A stretch of DNA of 64,000 nucleotides. Origin: Pedobacter sp. Lineage in GTDB: Bacteria; Desulfobacterota; Desulfuromonadia; Desulfuromonadales; Syntrophotaleaceae. Positions 18,557 to 29,071 of this stretch are shown in pieces. A program made the translations under genes and the position numbers. Position 1 is the stretch's first letter. Each line of letters begins with the position of its first letter. The notes under the pieces are model-generated. The model was not told the origin of the DNA. It did no database searches and saw nothing but the letters and a program-made list of their open reading frames with translations. The stretch is taken from assembly GCA_050253415.1 (NCBI GenBank), contig JBFWJC010000001.1, positions 576,001-640,000 of the forward strand, written 5' to 3'.

Positions 18557-20762
18557 TTTGCTGACATCTCTCAATGCCTGCCAGCGCCAGGCGGTCCTGC
18601 ATGAAGACGGGCCGCTGTTGATACTGGCCGGCGCCGGTTCGGGCAAGACCCGTACCTTGACCCACCGTATCGCCTATCTTATTCAGCAACAGCGGGTCGA
18701 GCCCTGGCAGGTTCTGGCCGTGACCTTTACCAACAAGGCCGCGGCCGAAATGCGCGAGCGTCTGCAGCGCCTGGTCGGCAATATCGACGGTTTGTGGATC
18801 AGTACTTTTCATGCGGCCTGCGCACGGATCCTGCGCCGGGACGGTGAGGTGCTCGGCTATGGCCGCGATTTTACCATCTACGATGATCAGGATCAGCAAC
18901 GCCTTTTGAGGGATTGTCTGGCCCAGCTGAACATCGCTGAGAAAGATCTTAAGCCGCGTGCCGTGGCTACCGCCATCGATCAGGCCAAAAACCGCGGGTT
19001 GCTGCCCGATCAGTTTATCCCCGGGGATCAACGCGGCGATCAGGTGGCCAGGGTCTACGAGCGCTATCAGAAGCGCCTGCAGCAGGCCAACGCTATGGAC
19101 TTCGGTGATCTGTTGCTGCAGACGGTGCGCCTGTTCCGGGAACATCCCCAGGTTCGCGACGCTTACTGCCACCGTTTTGCGCATCTGCTGGTTGACGAAT
19201 TCCAGGACACCAACCAGGTACAGTACGACATGGTCAAGGCGCTGGCTGGCGATGGCCGGCATCTGTGCGTGGTGGGTGACGACGATCAGTCGATCTATGC
19301 CTGGCGCGGCGCCGAAATCGGGAATATCCTGAACTTTGAGCGCGATTTTCCCGGCGCCAGCGTCATTCGGCTGGAACAGCATTACCGTTCTTCCTCCACT
19401 ATCCTCGAAGCGGCCGGACAGGTTGTGGCCTGCAATGTCGGACGCAAGGGGAAAACCCTGTGGACCGATAACCCCACCGGCGAGCCCCTCACTCTGGAAG
19501 ATTTGCCCGACGACCTGGAAGAAGCCCGTTTTGTTGCCGGCGAAATTTCCCGTTTGCGTCAGGCGGGTCGTCATCTGCGCGATGTGGCGGTATTTTATCG
19601 CACCAACGCCCAGTCCCGGGTGCTGGAAGAGACCCTGGTGCGCGGGGGCCTGCCATATGTGATGGTCGGCGGGGTGAAGTTCTATGCCCGTATGGAAGTC
19701 AAGGATGTGCTGGCCTATCTGCGGGCTCTGGCCAATCCGGCCGATTCCCTGTCGGCCAAACGCATTATCAATGTACCGACCCGCGGTATCGGTGCCGTAA
19801 CGACCGGACGCATTGCCGAGTATGAAGAGGAGGCCGGCGGCTTTTTAGCAGCCTGCCGCATGTGTCTGCAGCGTGGCGCCCTCAAGGGGGCTGCAGCCCG
19901 CAAGGTCGCGGACTTCAGTCAGTTCATGGAACGCTTTGCGAAACGCATGGAAGAAGTGCCGTTTTCGCAGCTTACGGCCGAATTGCTGGAGGAAAGCGGG
20001 TATGCACCGGGCTTGCGCGAGGAAGCCCAGTCGGCCATGACCGAGGGCGAAAGACAAGAAGCCAAAGGGCGGCTGGAAAACCTTGAACAGCTGCTGGCCA
20101 GTATGGAAGAGCATCAGGCGACGGAGAGTTCCCTGCAGGAGTATCTCGAGCAGGTGGCGCTGGTAACCGATCTCGATTCCTACGACACCAGTCTCGACCG
20201 GGTCACCCTGATGACCTTGCACGCCGCCAAAGGGCTCGAATTCCCGGTGGTGTTCATGACCGGTATGGAGGAAGGCATCTTCCCTCATGGACGCTCCGCC
20301 GGCGAACGCGATGATGTCGAGGAAGAACGCCGTCTCTGCTATGTCGGCATGACGCGGGCCATGCAGAAACTCTATCTCACCCATGCCCGCCGCCGCCGCA
20401 TTTATGGCGATTACCAGTACAATCCACCCAGCCGTTTTCTGGCCGAAATTCCCGCGCATCTGCTGGGCCGAGAGGTGAAGCCAGTCCTGCAGAAGCCTGC
20501 AGTGCACAATCTTGCTTCAATTTTTGAACAGCTTGAACCGGCCCCCCTGGATGATGGGGAGGATTTTTTCGAGGATGTGCAGGTGGTCCCCGAGGCCGAA
20601 GAAGGGCTGAGGGTTGGACTGCATGTGCGTCATGTCAAGTTCGGCGTCGGCATTGTGCGCCGCCTTGAAGGTAGCGGAGACCAGCAGAAGGTCGTGGTGC
20701 AATTTCCCTCCGTCGGTCTGAAGAAGTTGCTGGTTAAGTTCGCCGGGCTTGAGCCCGCCTGA
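18549..20762 (+). CDS. pcrA: ATP-dependent DNA helicase UvrD/PcrA
   Basis: AGAGSGKT, TFTNKAA, VDEFQDTN, VGDDDQSIY, TLHAAKGLEF, EERRLCYVGMTRA, C-terminal Tudor-like domain. Confidence 0.93.
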   Translation: MSDLLTSLNACQRQAVLHEDGPLLILAGAGSGKTRTLTHRIAYLIQQQRVEPWQVLAVTFTNKAAAEMRERLQRLVGNIDGLWISTFHAACARILRRDGEVLGYGRDFTIYDDQDQQRLLRDCLAQLNIAEKDLKPRAVATAIDQAKNRGLLPDQFIPGDQRGDQVARVYERYQKRLQQANAMDFGDLLLQTVRLFREHPQVRDAYCHRFAHLLVDEFQDTNQVQYDMVKALAGDGRHLCVVGDDDQSIYAWRGAEIGNILNFERDFPGASVIRLEQHYRSSSTILEAAGQVVACNVGRKGKTLWTDNPTGEPLTLEDLPDDLEEARFVAGEISRLRQAGRHLRDVAVFYRTNAQSRVLEETLVRGGLPYVMVGGVKFYARMEVKDVLAYLRALANPADSLSAKRIINVPTRGIGAVTTGRIAEYEEEAGGFLAACRMCLQRGALKGAAARKVADFSQFMERFAKRMEEVPFSQLTAELLEESGYAPGLREEAQSAMTEGERQEAKGRLENLEQLLASMEEHQATESSLQEYLEQVALVTDLDSYDTSLDRVTLMTLHAAKGLEFPVVFMTGMEEGIFPHGRSAGERDDVEEERRLCYVGMTRAMQKLYLTHARRRRIYGDYQYNPPSRFLAEIPAHLLGREVKPVLQKPAVHNLASIFEQLEPAPLDDGEDFFEDVQVVPEAEEGLRVGLHVRHVKFGVGIVRRLEGSGDQQKVVVQFPSVGLKKLLVKFAGLEPA

Positions 20763-20996
20763 TCCCGAGATCGCCAATTCTTATCTTCTCCTCCCCGGAG
20801 TTCCGATTTTTCAGTCCTTTAGGCTTGCCTTAATTCCTTACCAAATTGGTTTATTTTTGTAATGAAAACTTTTAAGTTATTTGATACTATGCGAAACTTG
20901 GTTACTCATTTGAAAGAATTTAATATTTAGCTGTTTATTGTTTGCCATAAATTTTTTCGGGTACTTACCCGATATTGTCATAAAGGGGGTGTCGCT

Positions 20997-23474
20997 GTGT
21001 GGCAATTATGTGGCTGGATTGGAGACGTTGTCCAAAGACTTCGGGGTACATGGAGGGGGCGGTTTTTAATAAATACCGCGGCATGGCAACTCTTTTTGTT
21101 TTCCCTGGGTTTGATTGTCTCTACTTCGGCATGGTCACAAGTCCCGGTCGGTTCTCATAAACAGGCCGTCGAGCTGGCACGTCAGGGGGATTATGCCGAA
21201 TCCCTGGCGTTGTTCGACGAGCTTTTCCAAAGGGAGCCGGAAAACCTTCCCATCCTTTATGATTACCTGGTTACCCAATCATGGGCCGGCAACGATGCCC
21301 AGGTGGCTGCTTTGTTCAAGCGTGTGGCGCCGGAGCAGGCCCCGCGCTATGTACTGGAAGCCGCCGCCAAATCCCTGCGCAATCTGAAATCTTTTGATCA
21401 GGCCGAAGCCGTTTACCGCATCGGGATCCAACGCTTTAACGCCTATCCTTCACTGCGCCTGGGCCTGCTCTATACCCTTGTGGATGCAGGCCAGCATCAA
21501 GCGGCTGCGATCTTTTCCGAAGAACTCGAAGCACTCTATCCCGGAAATATCGAGGTGCAGTTTGCTATTGCCTATGCGGCGGAAGGGCGCCGGGATTATG
21601 TGGCGGCTCTGCAACATTATCAGCGCATTTTACAGTGGCAGCCCGAGCTGAAGCGGGCCCGGCATATGGAGATTCTAACCCTGGCGGCTATCGGGGAGCC
21701 CTTTCTGGCGGAGGAACGTGCAGTCCGATACCCCGGTTTGCTGACTGCCGACGAATTGCATCGCCTGAAAGCTGCACAGGCCGCGCTGGTGGTGCGTTGG
21801 GGCAGCCACGGCAGTGATACGCCGGAGCTGCGCTTTGCCGAAACCGACCGTGCGTTGGGTATGCTGGAGAACAATCTGCAAGCGGCACTGGCCGATCAAC
21901 CGCCCGCTGAAAAGTATGCGCTGCAGGCCCGCATCGACCGCCTGGTGGCGCTGCGCGACCGGGTATGGATGGCGCAGGCGGTGGACGAGTATGAGGCTTT
22001 GCGGTCCGAACAGGTTTCCCTGCCAGGGTATGCCCTGCAGGCTGTCGCCGACGCCTTTCTTTATCTGGAGCAGCCACGCCAGGCCGGTGAACTTTATCAG
22101 CAAGTGCTGCAGCGCGACCCGCAAAACTACGAAGCATCCCAGGGGCTGTTTTTCGCCTATGTGGAGCAGGAAGATTTTGAGCGTGCACTTGCTCTGGCGG
22201 AAACTCTGTGCGCGGGCCAGGCGAAGGCTCCGCATGGCGGCGACGATCCATCCCGGCTTGATACGGAATTGCTGGCGACTATGGGCCAGTGGTTTGCCGG
22301 GGACCTGGACGGGGCGCAATCGCGTCTGACGCCGATGTATAATCGGGCGCCGGCCAACATCGATATTATTGGTGAATTGGGAGGCCTGTACGGCGCGCGC
22401 GGTTGGCCGCGCCGGGCCGAAGAGACCCTCGGGTTGGGGCTGGCCCTCGATCCTGCATACCTTTCATTGCGCACCGGTTGGGCGGAAAATCGGCTTGATC
22501 TGGCTGAGTTCAGTCAGGCGGAACAACTCATCGGCACACTCGGGGAAGAATATCCGGAACATAAGAGCGTACAGCGCCTGCAGCGTTTATGGCAAGCCCA
22601 CAACATGAGGGAATTGCAAGTCTCGGTGGCCAGCGGCTGGAGCAGCGGTTCGACCTTCGGCAGCCACGATCTGTCGCTGGCCGCTACCCTGTTTTCCACC
22701 CCTGTGGGTTACCGCTATCGCGGGTTTGTCAGTACCTATCTGGATCAGGCAACCTTCCCGGAGGGGGATAAAACCCTGCAGCGTTACGGTGCCGGTATCG
22801 AATACCGTCATCGCAACCTCTATGGTACGGCCGAGTTGACCTGGAACGCATCCGGCGGCGAAAAAATCGGTACTCGTTTGGCCGCCACCTGGTTTCCGGA
22901 CGATGTGTGGTCACTGCCCTTCGAGCTTGAAGTGTTCAGTCGTGACACCCCGCTGCGGGCCTTGAAGCATGGCATCCACGCAGATGCTGCGGGTGTGGGG
23001 GTGGCGTATCGCCGGGATGAACTGCAGCGCTGGTATACGAATGTGCAGTTCATGGATTTCAGTGACGACAATTTTCGTTACAGTGTGTTGGCCGGAGTGG
23101 AGCAGGGCTTGATCGTGTGGCCTCACTACCGTCTGAACGGGCGTCTCGATTTGTACACTTCGGGCAACAGCATCACCGGCACCCCCTATTTCAATCCGCG
23201 CCAGGATGCCGACCTCACCCTAACCCTGGAAAACGACTGGCTGCTCTATCGCCACTACCGTTTTTCCTTCCGCAATCGACTGGCGGTAAGTGTCGGTGGT
23301 TACTGGCAGCAGGATTTCGGTACGGATCCGACGGCGGCTGTGCGCTACGAGCACGTCTGGGAGTATTCACCGCGTTTCTTTTTATTGTACGGCGTCAGTT
23401 TTGCGCGGCGCACCTATGACGGTGACGGCGAAAACCAGCTGGGCTGTCACCTTGAACTGAACTGGAGGTTTTAG
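20997..23474 (+). CDS. pgaA: PNAG export porin with TPR domain
   Basis: TPR-rich N-terminus, RIDRLVAL, RGWPRRAE, PYFNP, C-terminal LNWRF beta-barrel end; first gene of the pga operon. Start uncertain. Confidence 0.9.
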   Translation: MWQLCGWIGDVVQRLRGTWRGRFLINTAAWQLFLFSLGLIVSTSAWSQVPVGSHKQAVELARQGDYAESLALFDELFQREPENLPILYDYLVTQSWAGNDAQVAALFKRVAPEQAPRYVLEAAAKSLRNLKSFDQAEAVYRIGIQRFNAYPSLRLGLLYTLVDAGQHQAAAIFSEELEALYPGNIEVQFAIAYAAEGRRDYVAALQHYQRILQWQPELKRARHMEILTLAAIGEPFLAEERAVRYPGLLTADELHRLKAAQAALVVRWGSHGSDTPELRFAETDRALGMLENNLQAALADQPPAEKYALQARIDRLVALRDRVWMAQAVDEYEALRSEQVSLPGYALQAVADAFLYLEQPRQAGELYQQVLQRDPQNYEASQGLFFAYVEQEDFERALALAETLCAGQAKAPHGGDDPSRLDTELLATMGQWFAGDLDGAQSRLTPMYNRAPANIDIIGELGGLYGARGWPRRAEETLGLGLALDPAYLSLRTGWAENRLDLAEFSQAEQLIGTLGEEYPEHKSVQRLQRLWQAHNMRELQVSVASGWSSGSTFGSHDLSLAATLFSTPVGYRYRGFVSTYLDQATFPEGDKTLQRYGAGIEYRHRNLYGTAELTWNASGGEKIGTRLAATWFPDDVWSLPFELEVFSRDTPLRALKHGIHADAAGVGVAYRRDELQRWYTNVQFMDFSDDNFRYSVLAGVEQGLIVWPHYRLNGRLDLYTSGNSITGTPYFNPRQDADLTLTLENDWLLYRHYRFSFRNRLAVSVGGYWQQDFGTDPTAAVRYEHVWEYSPRFFLLYGVSFARRTYDGDGENQLGCHLELNWRF

Positions 23475-23476
23475 CC

Positions 23477-25405
23477 ATGCGGATCTTGGGGTTATTGCTG
23501 CTGGTTATGGTATGCATGCCTTCCATGGTGCGGGCCGATGCCTTTGTCAGCTTGTGTTTTCACGATGTGCGAACGGATGTGGGTCGCGGTGATGATCTGT
23601 CCATGGCGACAGATCGTTTTGTCGCTTTGTTGAGCTGGCTGCGCCAGCATGATTATAAGCCGGTGAGTATCGATGATCTGCTCCAGGCCCGTGAGGGGAA
23701 AAAGTCGTTGCCGGACAAGGCGGTGCTTTTAACCTTCGATGATGGCTATCGTGGTTTTTACACCCAGGTTTATCCGTTGCTCAAGGCCCATGGCTATCCG
23801 GCCGTCCTGGCGGTGGTCGGCAGCTGGCTGGATGCGGCGCCTGGCGAATCCGTCGATTACGGGGGAAAGTCTGTTCCCAGGGAAAAGTTTTTATCCTGGC
23901 AACAGTTGCGGGAAATGGCCGATTCCGGTCTGGTGGAGATCGCTTCGCACAGTTACAACGGCCATCGTGGCGTATTGGCCAATCCGCAGGGCAATACCCA
24001 GCCGGCTCTTACTGCCAGGGTCTACGCACCCGATGCGCAGAGTTACGAGGATGATGCCGCATACGTGCAGCGGGTGCGTGAGGATCTGGAAACAAATGCC
24101 CGACTGCTGGAAAAAAGATTGGGACGTCGCCCCCGTGTCATGGTCTGGCCGTTTGGCAAGTTTTCCCTGCCGGGAATCGATGCAGCCGGCCAGACAGGCA
24201 TGGTGGTGGACATGGGGCTCGGGGATGGGCCCGGCGATACCGGGCGCCTGGCCGGTGTAAACCGCCTGCTGGTGGAGGGGAGCCTGAAACTGACGGCCCT
24301 GACCTGGCGGATTCAGCACCTGCTGGCTCGAGACCCGCAGCGCGTGGTGCAGGTCGATCTCGATTACGTTTACGACCCCGACCCGCAGCAGACCGATCGC
24401 AACCTGGGCAAACTGATCGAGCGCATCAAGGCCATGCAGATCAGCACGGTTTATTTGCAGGCGTTTGCCGATCCGGACGGAGATGGTATCGCCGATGCTC
24501 TTTATTTCCCTAACAGGACGTTGCCTGTCCGGGCCGACCTGTTCAACCGCGCCGCCTGGCAGCTTAAGACCCGCGCAGGCGTAAGAGTCTATGCCTGGTT
24601 GCCGGTGCTCGGTTATGCCACGGCGAAACAGGATTTGCTGGTACAGAGCTGGCACCCTGAAAACAACACCGTGGCTGTTGATGCCAAGGCCTATAAGCGG
24701 CTCAGTCCGTTTGTGCCGGAAGTCCGGGAAATGGCCAAGGGGATTTACGCTGATCTGGCCCGCCATGCCGATTTTGACGGATTGCTGTTTCATGATGATG
24801 CTTTGTTGTCGGAGTTCGAGGATGCCAACCCGGCTGCCATGGCCTGGCGAAAGGCTCACGGGCTCTCCTCTGACCCTGCAGATCTTTGGAACGACGATGA
24901 TGAGGTGCGGCGTTGGACGCACCTGAAGACCGAATATCTGGTCGATTTTACCCGGGACCTGGCCGATGCGGTGCGGGTATACCGCCCCGAAATCAAAACC
25001 GCCCGCAACCTGTATGCGCGAGCGGTGCTTGATCTGGAGGGCGAAATGCGGTTCAGCCAGAATCTCGAATCGTTTTTGAAGAATTACGATTACACGGCGT
25101 TGATGGCCATGCCGTACCTCGAAGAAGCAGCGGATGCCGAAGCCTGGTTGGAGGGGTTGGTGACTGCAGTCAAGGGGGTGCCGGGCGGCTTGAAAAAAAC
25201 CGTTTTTGAATTACAAAGCGTTGACTGGCGTGGAGATAAAAATCTTGTGTCCACGAAGGCTCTTTCCCATCAGATGCGTCTTTTGCAGGGAAGGGGGGCG
25301 GTTAATTTCGGCTATTACCCGGATGATTTTTTAAACGACCATCCCGCAGAAAAGCCATTACATCCTGCCATGTCTCTCAACTCCGAGCCGTTTGGGGAGC
25401 AATAA
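23477..25405 (+). CDS. pgaB: PNAG N-deacetylase/glycoside hydrolase (CE4 + GH153)
   Basis: LTFDDG, HSYNGH, VWPFG; VDLDYVYDPD, YLQAF, LLFHDDALL, FELQSVDW, FGYYPDDF. Confidence 0.95.
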   Translation: MRILGLLLLVMVCMPSMVRADAFVSLCFHDVRTDVGRGDDLSMATDRFVALLSWLRQHDYKPVSIDDLLQAREGKKSLPDKAVLLTFDDGYRGFYTQVYPLLKAHGYPAVLAVVGSWLDAAPGESVDYGGKSVPREKFLSWQQLREMADSGLVEIASHSYNGHRGVLANPQGNTQPALTARVYAPDAQSYEDDAAYVQRVREDLETNARLLEKRLGRRPRVMVWPFGKFSLPGIDAAGQTGMVVDMGLGDGPGDTGRLAGVNRLLVEGSLKLTALTWRIQHLLARDPQRVVQVDLDYVYDPDPQQTDRNLGKLIERIKAMQISTVYLQAFADPDGDGIADALYFPNRTLPVRADLFNRAAWQLKTRAGVRVYAWLPVLGYATAKQDLLVQSWHPENNTVAVDAKAYKRLSPFVPEVREMAKGIYADLARHADFDGLLFHDDALLSEFEDANPAAMAWRKAHGLSSDPADLWNDDDEVRRWTHLKTEYLVDFTRDLADAVRVYRPEIKTARNLYARAVLDLEGEMRFSQNLESFLKNYDYTALMAMPYLEEAADAEAWLEGLVTAVKGVPGGLKKTVFELQSVDWRGDKNLVSTKALSHQMRLLQGRGAVNFGYYPDDFLNDHPAEKPLHPAMSLNSEPFGEQ

Positions 25406-25407
25406 AT

Positions 25408-26664
25408 ATGGAAATGATAGCCCTCGGCCTGCGTGTGCTGCTCGATTTTGTGTTTTATTATCCCCTGTTCATGGCTTATCTCTGGATGGTCGGCGGCCTT
25501 GACTATTATTTGCGCCGGGAGTACCGCAAACCGCTGCCTGATGTCCCGCCGCCGCTGCCGTCCTACCCGAAAGTATCGATCATCGTTCCCTGTCACAACG
25601 AAGCGGCACACCTGCACGATACTATCGGCTACCTGTTTCAGCAGAAGTATCCGGATTTTGAAATTATTGCCGTCAATGACGGCAGCAGTGACGCAACCGG
25701 CGAGATGCTCAATGCCATGGCGCAGCAGAATCCCCTGCTTAGAGTGGTGCATTTTGCCTCCAACCAGGGGAAAGCTATGGGGTTGCGCATGGCTGCATTG
25801 GTGGCTCGGGGAGAGTTTTTGGTCTGTATTGATGGCGATGCCCTGCTCGATCCCTATGCCACTCACTGGATGGTACGTCATTTTCTTACAGGGCCGCGCG
25901 TTGGTGCGGTAACCGGCAATCCGCGCATTCGCACCCGCTCAACCTTGCTTGGCAAAATCCAGGTTGGAGAATTTTCCGCCATACTGGGGCTCATCAAGCG
26001 GGCACAGCGTGTCTATGGTCGGGTTTTTACCATGTCCGGCGTGGTTTCCGCGTTCCGCAAATCAGCCTTGCATCATGTCGGTTATTGGAGTGTCGATATG
26101 ATCACCGAGGATATCGATATCAGTTGGCGACTGCAGTTGAGCCACTGGGATATCCGCTTTGAACCCAATGCCCTGTGTTGGATATTGATGCCGGAAACCC
26201 TCAAAGGGCTATGGAATCAGCGTCTGCGCTGGGCTCAGGGAGGCAGCGAGGTATTGCTGCGCTATCTGCGTCACATGTTTAGCTGGCGCGCGCGCCGCAT
26301 GTGGGGTGTTTATTTCGAATATTTCACCAGCATCGTCTGGTCGTACACCATGCTGCTGGTTTTTCTTGCGTGGATATGGGGATTGTTTTTACCGTTGCCG
26401 ATGAACTTGCAACTCCCCACGCTGATTCCCGCCTGGGCCGGGGTGGTGCTGAGTTTGACCTGCCTGTTGCAGTTTGCCGTGGCGATGCTGCTCGATTCGC
26501 GCTACGAGCGGGGGCTGGGCCGTTGCTACTATGTGATGATCTGGTACCCGCTGGCATTTTGGATGATCAATCTGCTGACCATCGTCGTGGGCTTTCCCAG
26601 GGCACTGCTTAAAAAACGCGGCGAGCGTGCGGTCTGGGTATCTACCGATCGCGGTATTTATTAG
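25408..26664 (+). CDS. pgaC: PNAG synthase (GT2)
   Basis: PCHNE, NDGSSD, CIDGD, TEDIDISW, QRLRWAQGG. Confidence 0.95.
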   Translation: MEMIALGLRVLLDFVFYYPLFMAYLWMVGGLDYYLRREYRKPLPDVPPPLPSYPKVSIIVPCHNEAAHLHDTIGYLFQQKYPDFEIIAVNDGSSDATGEMLNAMAQQNPLLRVVHFASNQGKAMGLRMAALVARGEFLVCIDGDALLDPYATHWMVRHFLTGPRVGAVTGNPRIRTRSTLLGKIQVGEFSAILGLIKRAQRVYGRVFTMSGVVSAFRKSALHHVGYWSVDMITEDIDISWRLQLSHWDIRFEPNALCWILMPETLKGLWNQRLRWAQGGSEVLLRYLRHMFSWRARRMWGVYFEYFTSIVWSYTMLLVFLAWIWGLFLPLPMNLQLPTLIPAWAGVVLSLTCLLQFAVAMLLDSRYERGLGRCYYVMIWYPLAFWMINLLTIVVGFPRALLKKRGERAVWVSTDRGIY

Positions 26665-26672
26665 GAGGCACG

Positions 26673-27236
26673 ATGAAGGACGATCTCATCATAAACAAAC
26701 CGGAAGCTCAACAACGCAGTCAGCGTATCGCGCAAGGTCTATTGACGGTTGGTTTCTGGTTTTTGTTTTTAAGTTTGCTGCGTCCCCTTCTGGCACTGGT
26801 TGGCTGGTTGATAGGGATACACCTGTTTACCCACGAGATGATCGAAAATGGCGGAGGGCGGATTCTTATAGAGACGCTATATGATTATGGACTGGTTGTG
26901 CTGGTGCTGGGGATAGTGCTGCGTAGCTGGGCCTGGTACAATCACCGGCGTTTTGCAGGTCGGGATCAGCGCCGCAAAACCATGCCGCCGATCCCGATAG
27001 AGCTAATTGCCCGATATCATCAGGTCGACCCCAGCGCTTTATCGCTATGGCAAAAGGATCGCTGCTTGTACGTGCGTCACAATGCTCAGGGGAAGGTGCT
27101 GGAGGTTCAATCATCCGAACCGCCTCCATGGGGTGTTGAAGCCAGCAGCGTGACCGTGACGCAGCATCCTCTCTTTTGTACGTATGGGGACTCTGCGGCA
27201 GAATCGACGGTTGTGCCACCGCCCCCCGCTCTATAG
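26673..27236 (+). CDS. pgaD: PNAG biosynthesis protein PgaD
   Basis: Two TM helices, WAWYNHRRF.G.D.R motif, directly after pgaC. Confidence 0.88.
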   Translation: MKDDLIINKPEAQQRSQRIAQGLLTVGFWFLFLSLLRPLLALVGWLIGIHLFTHEMIENGGGRILIETLYDYGLVVLVLGIVLRSWAWYNHRRFAGRDQRRKTMPPIPIELIARYHQVDPSALSLWQKDRCLYVRHNAQGKVLEVQSSEPPPWGVEASSVTVTQHPLFCTYGDSAAESTVVPPPPAL

Positions 27237-27421
27237 GCGTTAGAAACGTTATATCTTTTTTATTGTCTGAATGGAGCCTGAGGCCGGGAGATGGCGAGAT
27301 GACTATTCCGGGGGTGTGAGGTATTTATCTGACTCTCTGGTAAAATAGCTTCTGTCCCCTGGCTTTTGTTTTTCGGTAACAGCGAAAAGCCAATCCAACG
27401 GCGCTTGCAAAGGAGATAACG

Positions 27422-28876
27422 ATGAAGAAACGAATGCGATTTTCGGCGCTGATGGCCATCCTTGCCGCCGGGTTTTTGGGCAGCGCAGCTTGTGTCTGCG
27501 CGCAAACGACCGAACTGCGCAGTTCCCTTGACGATCAGCAGCAGGTCGCGGTGACCATCTATAACAGCAACCTGGCGCTGGTCAAGGATCTGCGCCGGGT
27601 AAATTTGCCGGCTGGTGAAAGTTTGCTGGCGTTACGCGAAGTTGCTGCCGGCATGCAACCGGAAACAGCCCTGCTGCGTAGCCTCAAAAATGCGGCGGAA
27701 TTCCGGGTCGTGGAGCAAAGTTTCGATTTCGATCTGCTCACCCCTGGTAAGTTGCTGGAAAAATACGTCGGGCGTACGGTACAGGTGGTACGGGTGCACC
27801 CCCAGACCGGCGCTGAAAGTTTTGAATCTGCCCAGGTTCTGGCCGCTAACGGCGGCGTAGTACTGCGCATGGGGGATCATATCGAAACCGGCATCCCGGG
27901 ACGCCTGGTTTATCCCGACGTGCCGGGAAACCTGCGCGATCGTCCAACCCTGGTGGTGCAGGTGGAAACCGATAAGGCCGGAGTCCGCGATCTGGAATTA
28001 AGCTATCTTACCAGTGGCCTGTCCTGGCAGGCTGATTATGTGGCTGAACTCGATAAGCAGGATGCGCACCTTGATCTTTCCGGTTGGGTGACCTTGAACA
28101 ACCAGAGCGGTGCCAGCTACGAGCAGGCGCGCCTGCAGTTGGTGGCCGGCGATGTGCATCGCGTTGGGCGGCAGGATCTGGACATGCGGGGTTTCGAGGA
28201 GCGTGCCATGAAGGTTATGGCCGCCGCACCCGCCATGGCCGAGGAGAGCCTGCTCGATTATCACCTCTATACCCTCGACCGGCCCACGACCATTCGTGAA
28301 AATCAGGTCAAGCAGGTTGCGCTGCTGAGTGGGGCGGGGGTCCCCGTGAATAAAGAGTATCTGCTGCGCGGTAGCGACTATTACTATAGGGGCCGCCATA
28401 ATGATCTCGGCAAAAAGCTCAAGGTGGCGGTATATCTCGAATTTGCCAACAGTACCAAATCCGGACTGGGCATGCCGCTGCCCAAGGGTATTCTGCGGGT
28501 TTATAAAAAGGACAGCGGCGGCAATGCCCAGTTTGTCGGTGAAGATCGCATCGATCACACTCCCAAGAACGAAAATGTTCGCCTGCGACTCGGCGATGCC
28601 TTTGATGTGACAGCGGATCGCATACAAACCGATTATAAAAAAATCGCCGGCGGGCCGCAGGAAACCGTGATCGAAACCGCCTATCGGCTGGAACTGAAAA
28701 ACGCCGGGAGCGAGCCGGTCACGGTCAAGGTCGAGGAGCCGATGCCGGGCGACTGGCAGATCCTCCAGACAAGCCATCCCCACACTAAAAAAGATGCCCA
28801 TACGGCCGCCTGGCAGATTGCCATCCCGGCCGAAGGCAAGACGATGCTGACTTACCGGGTGCGGGTACGTTATTGA
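27422..28876 (+). CDS. DUF4139/DUF4140 family secreted protein
   Basis: Signal peptide, VTIYNSNLALV, LSYLTSGLSWQADY, YHLYTL, G.PLP.G, DHTP. Confidence 0.85.
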   Translation: MKKRMRFSALMAILAAGFLGSAACVCAQTTELRSSLDDQQQVAVTIYNSNLALVKDLRRVNLPAGESLLALREVAAGMQPETALLRSLKNAAEFRVVEQSFDFDLLTPGKLLEKYVGRTVQVVRVHPQTGAESFESAQVLAANGGVVLRMGDHIETGIPGRLVYPDVPGNLRDRPTLVVQVETDKAGVRDLELSYLTSGLSWQADYVAELDKQDAHLDLSGWVTLNNQSGASYEQARLQLVAGDVHRVGRQDLDMRGFEERAMKVMAAAPAMAEESLLDYHLYTLDRPTTIRENQVKQVALLSGAGVPVNKEYLLRGSDYYYRGRHNDLGKKLKVAVYLEFANSTKSGLGMPLPKGILRVYKKDSGGNAQFVGEDRIDHTPKNENVRLRLGDAFDVTADRIQTDYKKIAGGPQETVIETAYRLELKNAGSEPVTVKVEEPMPGDWQILQTSHPHTKKDAHTAAWQIAIPAEGKTMLTYRVRVRY

Positions 28877-28898
28877 TCTGACGTTGGTTCGTGTTTTT

Positions 28899-28969
28899 AC
28901 CACGAAGTTCACGAAGAGCACGAAGGGGGGAAGGGCAAAAGGCCACTAGCTTCGTGCTCTTCGTGGTGA
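28899..28969. repeat. Palindromic element of 9-nt-period CACGAAG units
   Basis: CACGAAG at 28901, 28910 and 28919; complementary CTTCGTG at 28950 and 28959, then GTGA. Confidence 0.75.
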
Positions 28970-29071
28970 TTTTTTATTCGGATTCAACGGTTGGATTTTG
29001 AGCTGTGTCGTTGCGGTGTTGCATCAACCATACTTCTATCTGTCTTCCTTCCTGAACAACAATATCCGCAG

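Noticed and set aside
17006..18646. 546-aa - strand ORF, and similar shadows at 38807, 48340 and 55603
   Set aside because: Antisense to well-supported genes; no domain signatures.
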